Shown in pieces: positions 40,367-49,388 of a stretch of DNA of 64,000 bases. Source of the DNA: Alphaproteobacteria bacterium (GTDB taxonomy: Bacteria; Pseudomonadota; Alphaproteobacteria; SP197); the NCBI GenBank assembly GCA_965228895.1, contig OZ245842.1, forward strand, positions 1,376,001-1,440,000. Direction: 5' to 3'. A program made the position numbers and the translations under genes. The first letter of the stretch is position 1. Every line of letters begins with the position of its first letter. The notes beneath the pieces are model-generated. The model was given only the letters and a program-made list of their open reading frames with translations, made no database searches and had not been told where the DNA came from.

Positions 40367-41160
40367 CAGTCGCGCAACAGCGAGCCGAACCCCTCGACCT
40401 TGTCATCAAGACCGGCAAGACGCAGGGCGTGCCAGGAAATGGCCTGGTTGCTCGCCACAACCGGTTTGCCGAGATCACGCTCAAGCTGGTCGATGATGCC
40501 GGCGGCACGCATACCGGTGCATGAGATAAAGAGCGCGTCCGCATCGTCGGTGCTGCCGACATCCAGCGCGGCCGCGCGGATCGAGTCTGGTGTCACGCGG
40601 CAGATCTCGTGGTCGGTCTCCTGTTTGAACGCGGCGCACGCGACGATCTCAAAACCCTGGTCTTCGATGACGGTCGCCAGCCGCGCGTTCACCTCGTCGA
40701 TATAGGGCGTGATAACGGCGAGGCGTTTGGCGCCGAGTTTCGCCAGGCCGGTCAGGCTCGCGGTGATCGGGTTGGTCACGGCGGCCTTTGGCTGGACTTG
40801 ATGGATCAGTTCGGCAACACGGTCGGGGCCGATGGTCATGGCGCCTGACGTACAACCATAAGCGATCACATCCAGATCCTCGCCGGGCATGATGAGTGCC
40901 GTCGTCGCGGCGAGGTGGTCGGCCATGGCGCCGAGGGTCGTGAGATCGACGCGCGGGGCAAACGGAATGCGCGTGCTGTAAATGCCGATGCCGGGCAGCG
41001 GCAGATAGCTGCGCATTTCACCTTCGATTACCGGATCGGTCACCAGCGTGATCAGCCCAATCGTTGCCCGCTCGGCGCTGCGCGCCATGTGGTCGCAGGG
41101 CAGGGTTTGCCATGCTTCGTGCGAGGCGGAGGGCGTCACATCATGGAGGGCTTTGGCCAT
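40363..41160 (-). CDS. maleate cis-trans isomerase / Asp-Glu racemase / EutA superfamily protein
   Basis: YGCTSG and ISCTG catalytic Cys pair, ITPY, KPVVASNQA. Confidence 0.82.
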   Translation of the reverse strand: MAKALHDVTPSASHEAWQTLPCDHMARSAERATIGLITLVTDPVIEGEMRSYLPLPGIGIYSTRIPFAPRVDLTTLGAMADHLAATTALIMPGEDLDVIAYGCTSGAMTIGPDRVAELIHQVQPKAAVTNPITASLTGLAKLGAKRLAVITPYIDEVNARLATVIEDQGFEIVACAAFKQETDHEICRVTPDSIRAAALDVGSTDDADALFISCTGMRAAGIIDQLERDLGKPVVASNQAISWHALRLAGLDDKVEGFGSLLRDC

Positions 41161-41212
41161 CGTTCGTCTCCCGGCGGGTGTCTTTCACCGCATCAGGGCA
41201 GCATAGCACCTG

Positions 41213-42019
41213 TTAGGTGCCGCCGTCGAAGCTGTAGCTGTCCATGTCGAAGCGGGGCTGACCGGTGGCCGAGGTCAGGCCGCCATCGGCAACCAGGGTC
41301 GTGCCGTTGACGAAGCTCGCGTCGTCGGACGCCAGGAACAGGATCGCGGCGGCGCATTCTTCCGGTGTGCCGACTCGTCCCAGCGGGTTCGACTTGTTGT
41401 AGGTCTCACGCATGCCGGGATCGCTCTCGAGCGAGCCCAACATCCGTTCGGTGCCGATCGGGCCGGGACAGATCGCGTTGGCGCGGATCTGGTAACGGCC
41501 GACCTCCCAGGCCAGACACTGGGTGAGGTTGATGATCGATGCTTTCGCCGCGTTGTAGGTCGCCCAGCCGGGGTCGCCGCGCAGGCCGGAGATCGATGCC
41601 ATGTTGACGATGGCGCCGCCGCCGGTCGTCTTCATGCGGTTGACCGCTTCGCGGCAGCAGATCACCGTCGACAACACGTTGAGGCGCCAAAGACGCTCCC
41701 AGTCGGTGCTTTCCAGATTTTCGATCAGGCCGAACATGCTGTTGCCGGCGATGTGCAACGACACATCCAGGCGGCCGGCGTCGTCATCGATTTGGCGGAA
41801 CAGCCGCTCCAGATCGTGTTCGACCATGACGTCGGCGACGACGGCGGTGACATCGTGGCCGGTCTCGGTCAACGCACCGGCGACCGCCTTCGCGTCGTCC
41901 GGTTTGAAGTCGGCGGCGAAGACCTTGGCGCCTTCGTGGGCCAGGCGTTCAACGCAGGCCTTGCCGATCCCATTGCCGCCGCCCGTCACCAGCGCAACCT
42001 TGCCGTCAAATCGCTTCAT
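41213..42019 (-). CDS. SDR family oxidoreductase
   Basis: TGGGNGIG, YNAAK, NAICPG. Confidence 0.88.
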   Translation of the reverse strand: MKRFDGKVALVTGGGNGIGKACVERLAHEGAKVFAADFKPDDAKAVAGALTETGHDVTAVVADVMVEHDLERLFRQIDDDAGRLDVSLHIAGNSMFGLIENLESTDWERLWRLNVLSTVICCREAVNRMKTTGGGAIVNMASISGLRGDPGWATYNAAKASIINLTQCLAWEVGRYQIRANAICPGPIGTERMLGSLESDPGMRETYNKSNPLGRVGTPEECAAAILFLASDDASFVNGTTLVADGGLTSATGQPRFDMDSYSFDGGT

Positions 42020-42033
42020 CGTCTTATCCCTTG

Positions 42034-43203
42034 TCAGGCACGCGCCAGCTTGCGCTCAGCATCGAAAAAGGGCAACGCGACGACGTCGGCCTCGCATGCG
42101 CCCTCGTCGGTCTCGACGGTGACGTGGTTGCCGATGGACCACGCAGGCGTCGACAGCATGGCAAGGGCGATGCTGGCCTCGACGCTGGGTCCCCAGACGG
42201 CACTGCTGATCAGGCCGACCTCGTCGCCGTCAGCCATCACGCGATCGCCGGTCTTGGCGACGGCCTTGCCGCCCAGTTTCAGACCGGCAACACGGCGGGT
42301 CGGTCCGGAATCGCGCAAGGGTGCCAACGCGTCGCGCCCGATGAAGTCGCGCGACCAGTCGAGCATGCCTTCCCAACCCAACTCAAATGGGTTGGTGGTC
42401 CAGTCGATCTCGGCGCCTATGTTCAAGATTGCAGCCTCCATGCGGCGAATGTTCATGGCTTGGCTGCCGCACAACACCATGCCCATGGTCTCACCGATCT
42501 CGCGCAGACCCTGGTAGACCTCAAGCGCCCGGTCGATATCGACATGGATGTCATAGCCGAGTTCGGCCGTGAAACCGGTGCGAGTCACGACAGTGTCGAC
42601 GCCGCACACTCGCCCTTCGCGCATGGTGAACCAGGGCATGGCGTCGAGGTCGATATCGCTGACCTGTTTCAGGATATCGCGCGATTGGGGGCCCTGAATG
42701 GCGCACAAATGAATCTGATCGAGATACGAGCGAACGGAGACATCAAGCCCGGTGGCGTTTGCGGCTAACCAGACCTCGGCCGGGCCGGGACCGCCGACCC
42801 ACCAGTACCGGTCTTCGTCGAACATGGTGAGCACGCCGTCCTCGACAACGCCGCCATGGGGATAGAGCAGGAAGGCGAAGAGGCTCTTGCCCGGTTTGAG
42901 CGCGGTGAGTTTGCGCGGCATCGTGCGCTCAATCAGGCGTCTGGCATCGGGGCCCTTGATCTCGACGACCTCCTCGCCGGTGACGTCCCACAGACCGGCG
43001 ACGCGTCGCATCGACCAGTATTCGTCAACCGAGTCGGTGAAGACATCAGGCTTCAGGTAGGTGTTGTGGACCTTGAAGTCGCTGGTCAGTTCACTGATGA
43101 CCGGCCAGAACGCCGTGCGTTTCAGCCCATCCTTTAGCCGGTTGGCACGCGGCGTGAAGGGCGGTCCGTCGATGACCAGGTTGACGTTGGTACGCTCCAG
43201 CAT
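42034..43203 (-). CDS. aminomethyltransferase (GcvT/DmdA-like folate-binding protein)
   Basis: EYW.MR..AGLWDV, G.VVEDG, IQGPQS, TRTGFTAELGYDI, RMEA, C-terminal PFFD; ATG at 43203. Confidence 0.82.
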   Translation of the reverse strand: MLERTNVNLVIDGPPFTPRANRLKDGLKRTAFWPVISELTSDFKVHNTYLKPDVFTDSVDEYWSMRRVAGLWDVTGEEVVEIKGPDARRLIERTMPRKLTALKPGKSLFAFLLYPHGGVVEDGVLTMFDEDRYWWVGGPGPAEVWLAANATGLDVSVRSYLDQIHLCAIQGPQSRDILKQVSDIDLDAMPWFTMREGRVCGVDTVVTRTGFTAELGYDIHVDIDRALEVYQGLREIGETMGMVLCGSQAMNIRRMEAAILNIGAEIDWTTNPFELGWEGMLDWSRDFIGRDALAPLRDSGPTRRVAGLKLGGKAVAKTGDRVMADGDEVGLISSAVWGPSVEASIALAMLSTPAWSIGNHVTVETDEGACEADVVALPFFDAERKLARA

Positions 43204-43211
43204 GGCGGCTT

Positions 43212-44021
43212 TCAGAAGTTGACGTAGCGTGTCGGCGCGTGGGGTTCCAGCAGCCGGGTGTGCTGGGCGATGGCCTCCGGTGCGAGGTCGCTTTCCGGAG
43301 GATCCTCCAGCAAAAGGTTTCCCGTGTGCCGCCCGCGCACAAGCATGGCCGAAACCGGCGGTCCGGCGGTATAGCGGATGGCGCCGGGCAGATAGCGGAT
43401 GCACATGCCGACACGCGGTCGTGTCGTCGTGTTGGGGCCGGAACCGTGCGCGAGCAACGCGTGATGCAACGACATCTCGCCGGGTCTCAGAATATCGCTC
43501 ACGGTAACCCAGTCCTTCAGATCGATCTTCACGGTCTGGCCGTGCGACAGCATGTTGTCGGGCGAAAAGGTGTTCTCGTGATCGACCAGATCGAGCCGGT
43601 GGGTGCCCAACGCAAACTGCATGCAGCCGTTTTCTAACGTCGAATCGGTCATGGCGAACCAGGCGGTCACGATGTCGCGCGGCTCCAGGTACCAATAGCC
43701 GGCGTCCTGATGCCAGGAGATATGCCGGCTCTCGCCTGGCACCTTGCGCCAGACATCGGCGCTCATGACCAAGATATCCGGACCGACAATGCGCTCGACA
43801 TGATCGAGGATCCGGGGGTCGCGGACCAGCCGGTCCATCCAGGTGAAGAGCAAGTAGGACTTGTAGTACCAGGGGTGCTTGACCGCCGCGACGTCGGCAT
43901 CGGTGACAGCATCAAGTTCAGCCAACAGGGCCGCCGCCTCGTTTTCGGGCATCGCGCGGATCGGTCCGACGCAGCCCAACTCGCTATAGGAATCGAAAGT
44001 CATCGTCGGAACGTAGCTCAT
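43212..44021 (-). CDS. PhyH-family Fe(II)/2-oxoglutarate dioxygenase
   Basis: WHQD, TAWFA, NGCM, LHH...HGSGPN...R facial triad. Confidence 0.85.
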   Translation of the reverse strand: MSYVPTMTFDSYSELGCVGPIRAMPENEAAALLAELDAVTDADVAAVKHPWYYKSYLLFTWMDRLVRDPRILDHVERIVGPDILVMSADVWRKVPGESRHISWHQDAGYWYLEPRDIVTAWFAMTDSTLENGCMQFALGTHRLDLVDHENTFSPDNMLSHGQTVKIDLKDWVTVSDILRPGEMSLHHALLAHGSGPNTTTRPRVGMCIRYLPGAIRYTAGPPVSAMLVRGRHTGNLLLEDPPESDLAPEAIAQHTRLLEPHAPTRYVNF

Positions 44022-44153
44022 GGTCTTGTCACCGTTGCGATTCGCGGCAAGTGTGGTCTATGTACGTCAGCAAGATAATGCCGCCACGCGGTGGTCTGGC
44101 TCCCTGGCATCAGCAGAAAATTGCGCATGATCGGCGACCTCTTTGACTATGTG

Positions 44154-44175
44154 CCAAGACATTCGAAAGTCTTGG
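44154..44175. promoter_or_regulatory. 22-bp near-perfect palindrome in the divergent promoter region (putative operator)
   Basis: CCAAGACATTCGAAAGTCTTGG with one mismatched pair, flanked by GACTA/TAGTC. Confidence 0.6.
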
Positions 44176-44277
44176 TATAGTCTTGTGTATGCGCCTGATT
44201 TCTTAGCATAATCGTGCGACACGCTAAAGCCTGAACCCTCCCAGATACGGGCGGTCGACAACAAAGAGGTCATGCAC

Positions 44278-45291
44278 ATGGGCAAGTTCTACTTCGACGA
44301 TGACGCCGATCTGTCTCTGCTCGACGGCAAGACCGTCGCCATCATCGGTTACGGCAACCAGGGCCGGTCGCAGGCACTCAACATGAAAGACAGCGGCGTT
44401 CATGTCGTCGTCGGCAACATCGAGGACGAGTATGCCGACACGGCGCGGGCCGACGGCTGGGACGTGCAGACCATCGAAGACGCTGCGGCGGCCGGTGACG
44501 TCCTGATGATGCTGACCTCCGACGACAGCCAACCGGAAGTGTACGAGAACTGGGTGAAGAAAAGCCTGAAGCCGGGTGATGTCATGAGCTTCGCCCACGG
44601 CTTCAACATCCATTACGGCGAGATCACACCGTCGCCTGAACTGGATGTGGTGATGGTCGCCCCGCGCATGCTGGGCGAAGGGGTGCGCGCGACGTTTCTC
44701 GAGGGCAGGGGTTTCCCGAGTCTGATTGCCGTCGCACAGGACGCCAGCGGCAACGGCATGGCGATGTGCCTGGCGATCTCCAAGGCCATTGGCTCGACCA
44801 AGATGGGTGTGCTCGAATCGAGCTTTGAGGAAGAGGTGCTTATCGATCTCTTCGAGGAGCATCAGCCCGGCCTCTATGCGCTGCGCTGCATGTACGAGGC
44901 CCTGGTCGAGGCCGGTTGTTCGCCCGAGGCGGTCATGCTCGATCTCTATGCCTCCGGCGAAGGCGTCAAGTTCGCCGAATACGGCCGCGACCTCGGCGCG
45001 TTCGAGCGCATGAAACGCACCTCGGTCACCGCCCAGTTCGGTCATCTCGTCTGGTCGAAGCAGTACTTCGATCACGACAAGACCATGGACGGCATGCGCG
45101 AGATGCTCGCCAACATAAAGGACGGCAGCTTCATCAAGGCGCTGAAGGCCGAGAAGGCGAAGAACCAGAAGGCGATCGAGGAAGTCTGGAAGGATAACAA
45201 CGCGCACGAGCTGATCGAGAAAGAGCACGCGCTCTATCAGCTTCTCGGGCGCCGCCCCAAGGATGCGCCTGCGCCGGGCGACGAATCCTAA
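44278..45291 (+). CDS. ilvC: ketol-acid reductoisomerase-like protein (IlvC paralog)
   Basis: IGYGNQG, AHGFNIHY, MVAPR, DLF.E, S.TAQFG; the C-terminal domain diverges from housekeeping IlvC. Confidence 0.8.
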   Translation: MGKFYFDDDADLSLLDGKTVAIIGYGNQGRSQALNMKDSGVHVVVGNIEDEYADTARADGWDVQTIEDAAAAGDVLMMLTSDDSQPEVYENWVKKSLKPGDVMSFAHGFNIHYGEITPSPELDVVMVAPRMLGEGVRATFLEGRGFPSLIAVAQDASGNGMAMCLAISKAIGSTKMGVLESSFEEEVLIDLFEEHQPGLYALRCMYEALVEAGCSPEAVMLDLYASGEGVKFAEYGRDLGAFERMKRTSVTAQFGHLVWSKQYFDHDKTMDGMREMLANIKDGSFIKALKAEKAKNQKAIEEVWKDNNAHELIEKEHALYQLLGRRPKDAPAPGDES

Positions 45292-45307
45292 CGCGACGGT
45301 CCCGGCC

Positions 45308-47353
45308 GTGACTCACAGTTACCGGCTTGGCATCGATATCGGTGGCACCTTCACCGATCTGCATGCGATGGACGAGGCGACCGGTGCGCTTTATGCGCTG
45401 AAGACGCCGTCGACAAAAGGCGACCCGTCCGACGCGGTGGCCGCGGGCATCGAAGAACTCCGTAAGCGATTTGCCATTGAACCCGGCGAAATCGCGTATT
45501 TCTCCCACGGCACGACCTTGGCCGTGAACACACTCCTTGAGCGCAATGGCGCCAGGGGCGGTGTCCTGATGACCAAGGGTTTTACGGATACGTTGGAACT
45601 GCGCCGCCTGAGACTTTCCAAGGCGAACGACTTCTTCGTGCCGAAGCCGGTGTCGCTGGTGCCGCGCCGCCACGTCAGGCCGGTCGATGAACGGATGCGC
45701 GCCGACGGACGCGTCCTGAAAGCGATTGATCGCCAGGATGTCGAAGCCCAGGTGAAGACACTCGTCGATGACGGCATCGAGACGCTTGCCGTCTGTTTTC
45801 TGCACGCCCATCAAAACTCGGCACACGAAGCAGCGGCGAAAGCCTGGATCGCGGAGAGCTTTCCCGATCTCTACGTCTGCACGTCCTCGGAAATCTGGCC
45901 GCAGCAGCGGGAATATGAGCGGACCCTGATCAGCGTTATCAACGCCTATGTCGGCGGGCGCATGAAGGCCTATTTCAACACGTTGGAGGAACGCACCGCC
46001 GATCTCGGCATGACCTGCCGGGTGTTTTCGACCAAGTCGAACGGCGGCGTGATGAGTGTCGCGAGCGCGGCCGACCGGCCGGTGGAAACATTGTTGTCGG
46101 GTCCGGCATCCGGCGTCATCGGCGCGGCCTATATCGGCCGGCTGATGGGCGAGCCCAATCTTGTCACCATCGACATGGGCGGCACCAGCGTCGATGTCTC
46201 GATCGTGCAGAACGAAATCCGCTATGCGACCGAAAACACCATCGGCGACTATCCCGTCATCATGCCGGCGGTCGATGTGTCGGCGATCGGCGCGGGCGGC
46301 GGCTCGATTGCCTGGACCGATGCGGAAGGCGTGCTGAAGGTCGGACCCGAAAGCGCCGGCGCCGATCCCGGTCCCGCCTGTTATGGACGCGGCGGCACAC
46401 GGCCGGCGGTGACCGATGCCTACCTGACCGCCGGCATCATCGCGCCGGACAAGTTCCTGGGTGGCGAGATGGCCTTGGATAGCAACGCTGCGCATAATGT
46501 CGTCGACGATATCGGTGGGGTGTTGGGCCTTGGTCGGCGCGAAACCGCCGACGCCATCCTGCAGGTCACGACCTCGAACATTTATGCGGAGCTGGTGCCG
46601 CAGATTGCGCGGCGCGGTGTCGATGCCAGCGATCTCTCTTTGATCGCCTATGGCGCGGCCGGACCGACTCATAGCTTCATGCTGGCGCGCGAACTCGATC
46701 TGCGCCGTGTCATCGTGCCGCCGTCGCCGGGCATCTTGTGCGCGCTTGGTTGCCTGGTCGCCGACATGCGCGCCGACTTCGTGCAGAGCATCTGGCACGA
46801 AGCCGACGATATGGCCGATGGCGACATCCAAGCGATCTATGCGGCACTGGAAGATCGTGCGCGGGGCTGGCTCGACGATCAGCAGGTCGACCTCGATCAG
46901 GTTTATCTGCTGCGCTCCGTTGATGCGTGTTTTGTCGGCCAGTCCTATGAGGTCAACGTGCCGTTCCCAGATACCGCCAGCAGCGACCTGACGACGGCCA
47001 ACGTGGTCGACTGGTTTCACGACCGTTACGCCAAGGTCTATGGCTACGCTGACGCGGACAGCCCGACACGGCTCTTGGAGGCACGCCTGCAGATCGTCGG
47101 CGTGACGCCCAAGCCCGAGATCCGATTGGTTGCCAACCAGACAGACGAGGGCGATGAAGCCTATGATCGCCGGATGATCTTTGAGAGAGACCGCGAGGTC
47201 GAAGCCGCGATCTGGCGGCGCGGCAGTCTGCGCGAGGGGCGCGAGTACCTTGGCCCCATGGTAGTCGAGCAATACGATACCACGATCTATGTTCCCGACG
47301 GTTTCCGTGTCACCGTGGACCAGTGGGCGAACCTGATCGGTGAGAAGATCTGA
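45308..47353 (+). CDS. hydantoinase A / 5-oxoprolinase ATP-binding subunit
   Basis: GIDIGGTFTD, HGTT, SGPASGV, DMGGTS, GAGGGS, GPESAGADPGPACYG. Confidence 0.9.
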   Translation: MTHSYRLGIDIGGTFTDLHAMDEATGALYALKTPSTKGDPSDAVAAGIEELRKRFAIEPGEIAYFSHGTTLAVNTLLERNGARGGVLMTKGFTDTLELRRLRLSKANDFFVPKPVSLVPRRHVRPVDERMRADGRVLKAIDRQDVEAQVKTLVDDGIETLAVCFLHAHQNSAHEAAAKAWIAESFPDLYVCTSSEIWPQQREYERTLISVINAYVGGRMKAYFNTLEERTADLGMTCRVFSTKSNGGVMSVASAADRPVETLLSGPASGVIGAAYIGRLMGEPNLVTIDMGGTSVDVSIVQNEIRYATENTIGDYPVIMPAVDVSAIGAGGGSIAWTDAEGVLKVGPESAGADPGPACYGRGGTRPAVTDAYLTAGIIAPDKFLGGEMALDSNAAHNVVDDIGGVLGLGRRETADAILQVTTSNIYAELVPQIARRGVDASDLSLIAYGAAGPTHSFMLARELDLRRVIVPPSPGILCALGCLVADMRADFVQSIWHEADDMADGDIQAIYAALEDRARGWLDDQQVDLDQVYLLRSVDACFVGQSYEVNVPFPDTASSDLTTANVVDWFHDRYAKVYGYADADSPTRLLEARLQIVGVTPKPEIRLVANQTDEGDEAYDRRMIFERDREVEAAIWRRGSLREGREYLGPMVVEQYDTTIYVPDGFRVTVDQWANLIGEKI

Positions 47354-49371
47354 TGCCGACCGACAAGATCCGGCTCGAAATCCTGAGCAACCGTTTCCAG
47401 GCGGTTGTCGACGAGATGGCCCAAGTCGTTTCGCGCACCGCGCACACCGTGTTCGTCAAGGAGACCCAGGACTACGGCTCCGTCCTGGTGTCGCGCAAAG
47501 GCGAGGTGTTCGCCGCGCCTCGCCGATATGGCGTGTTGATGATGATCGGCATGCCGATGGAAGCCGCCATCGCGGCCAGCGGCGACGATGTTTCCGAGGG
47601 CGACATCTTCATTGGCAATGACCCCGTCTCGACCCGGGGCATGGCGACCCATCTATCGGACGTCTACCTGTGGAAGCCGGTCTTCGTCGACGGTGAGCTC
47701 TTGTGCTGGGCATGGACCTTCATTCACGTCTCCGATATCGGCGGCAGGGTGCCCGGGTCGATCGCACCGTCGAGCCACGAGGTCTATCAGGAGGGCCTCC
47801 GGATCACGCCGCAGAAACTCTACCGCGCCGGCGAGCTGAACCAGCCGCTGCTCGACATGATCCGCGCCAACTGCCGCACGCCTGACCAGAACTGGGGCGA
47901 CATGAAGGCTTGTCTGGCCGGCCTGGCGACGGCGGAAAACCGTGTCCGCGACCTCGCCCGCCAGTACGGCTACGACACCATCGACCGCACCATCGACCAG
48001 GTGCTCGACTACGCGGAGACCCAGGCGCGCCGCGTCATCGAGCATGTGCCCGACGGCACCTATCATTATGCCGACTACATCGAGGCCGATATGGTTGGCC
48101 TCGGCCTCGTGCGCATCAAGGTCGCCATGACCATCGACGGCGGCGAAATGCGGCTCGACTTTACCGGCACCGCGCCGCAGGTGCGGGCCGCCCTCAACAT
48201 CCCGACCTACAGCCACGATGGTCACTGGATGCTGATCACGGGCCTGGTCAACTGGATCTGCACTCAAGAACCCAACATCGCCTACAATGCCGGTCTGGTG
48301 CGGCCGATGAAGGTGCAGATACCGCGCGGCACCATTTTGAACCCGGAACCGGGTGCTGCCTATGGCGCGCGCTATGCCACGTCGCACAAGGTCTGCGACG
48401 TCACCGTCGGCGCCCTCGCGCAGGCCGTGCCCGGTGAACTACCGGCGACCGACTCGGGCCAGGGGTCGATCCTGCTCGTCTCGGTGCCGGACTTCCACAC
48501 CGGCGGCGACAAGGTCTCGGTCATTCAGCCGATCGTTGGCGGGTCGGGCGGCCGGCCGATGGATGACGGTGTCGACGGCACCATGGTGATCCTGAACTTC
48601 CTGAAGAACATCCCGACCGAGATCTTCGAAAACGAGATGCCGGAGATCCTGATCCACCACTATGGCCTGCGCGACGACTCCGGCGGCGCGGGGCGGTATC
48701 GCGGCGGCACGGGTATCGAAATCGAGTTCGAGACCTCGAGCCCCTATACCAGCATCACCTCGCGCTGCATGGAGCGTTACATCTTCGGCCCACCCGGTCT
48801 CAAGGGCGGGGAGGCCGGCGCGACCGGCTACACACTCTTCAAGCCGCGCGGCGGCGGCGAACAGGACATCGGCAAGATCGATGTTCTAACCATGGATCCC
48901 GGCGACCGGCTCAAGATTGGCACCCAGGGTGGCGGCGGTTATGGCGATCCGCTCGAAAGACCGGTCGATTTGGTTGCCGACGATGTCGCCAACGGCTTCG
49001 TGACGGCCGCGACGGCGCGCGACGTCTATGGCGTTGTCATGGGTGAGGACGGTGCGGTCGATCAGGTGGCGACGAAGGCCGCCCGCGATACCATGCGGAA
49101 AATGCGTGGCTGGACCAAACCGCCCTTGCATGGCTTCGATGCGGCCCGGCGCGACCATATGGCGCGTTGGCCAAGCGCATTGGAGGATGCGCTGACAGCG
49201 GCCGTCGCCGATCTTCCCGTCCAATTGATGCAGTTCATGCATGCGCGACTGCTTGATGAGATCACCGCACGGCTTGATCGTGGCGAGACCGTTACGCCTG
49301 ACGATGTGCACGCCTTGGCAAGCGAACAGCGTGACGCCTTCGAAAGCGGTCACGCGTTGGCGGCCGAGTAA
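47353..49371 (+). CDS. hydantoinase B / oxoprolinase subunit
   Basis: NDP...HLSD, HVSDIGG, YQEG, DSGGAGRYRGG, GGGGYGDP; TGATG coupling. Confidence 0.9.
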   Translation: MPTDKIRLEILSNRFQAVVDEMAQVVSRTAHTVFVKETQDYGSVLVSRKGEVFAAPRRYGVLMMIGMPMEAAIAASGDDVSEGDIFIGNDPVSTRGMATHLSDVYLWKPVFVDGELLCWAWTFIHVSDIGGRVPGSIAPSSHEVYQEGLRITPQKLYRAGELNQPLLDMIRANCRTPDQNWGDMKACLAGLATAENRVRDLARQYGYDTIDRTIDQVLDYAETQARRVIEHVPDGTYHYADYIEADMVGLGLVRIKVAMTIDGGEMRLDFTGTAPQVRAALNIPTYSHDGHWMLITGLVNWICTQEPNIAYNAGLVRPMKVQIPRGTILNPEPGAAYGARYATSHKVCDVTVGALAQAVPGELPATDSGQGSILLVSVPDFHTGGDKVSVIQPIVGGSGGRPMDDGVDGTMVILNFLKNIPTEIFENEMPEILIHHYGLRDDSGGAGRYRGGTGIEIEFETSSPYTSITSRCMERYIFGPPGLKGGEAGATGYTLFKPRGGGEQDIGKIDVLTMDPGDRLKIGTQGGGGYGDPLERPVDLVADDVANGFVTAATARDVYGVVMGEDGAVDQVATKAARDTMRKMRGWTKPPLHGFDAARRDHMARWPSALEDALTAAVADLPVQLMQFMHARLLDEITARLDRGETVTPDDVHALASEQRDAFESGHALAAE

Positions 49372-49388
49372 ACTCTTGGGGTGGGGGC

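Noticed and set aside
43204-43695. N-terminal extension of the GcvT-like ORF suggesting a PhyH-GcvT overlap or fusion
   Set aside because: The extension is Arg/Pro-rich out-of-frame sequence of the PhyH gene. An ATG at 43203, 8 bp after the PhyH stop, explains the protein.
45134-47272. 712-aa minus-strand ORF, and similar long antisense ORFs at 35914-37431, 38252-39625, 33258-34562, 25645-27030 and 50850-52148
   Set aside because: They lie antisense to well-supported genes and are expected shadow ORFs in high-GC coding DNA; no recognisable motifs.
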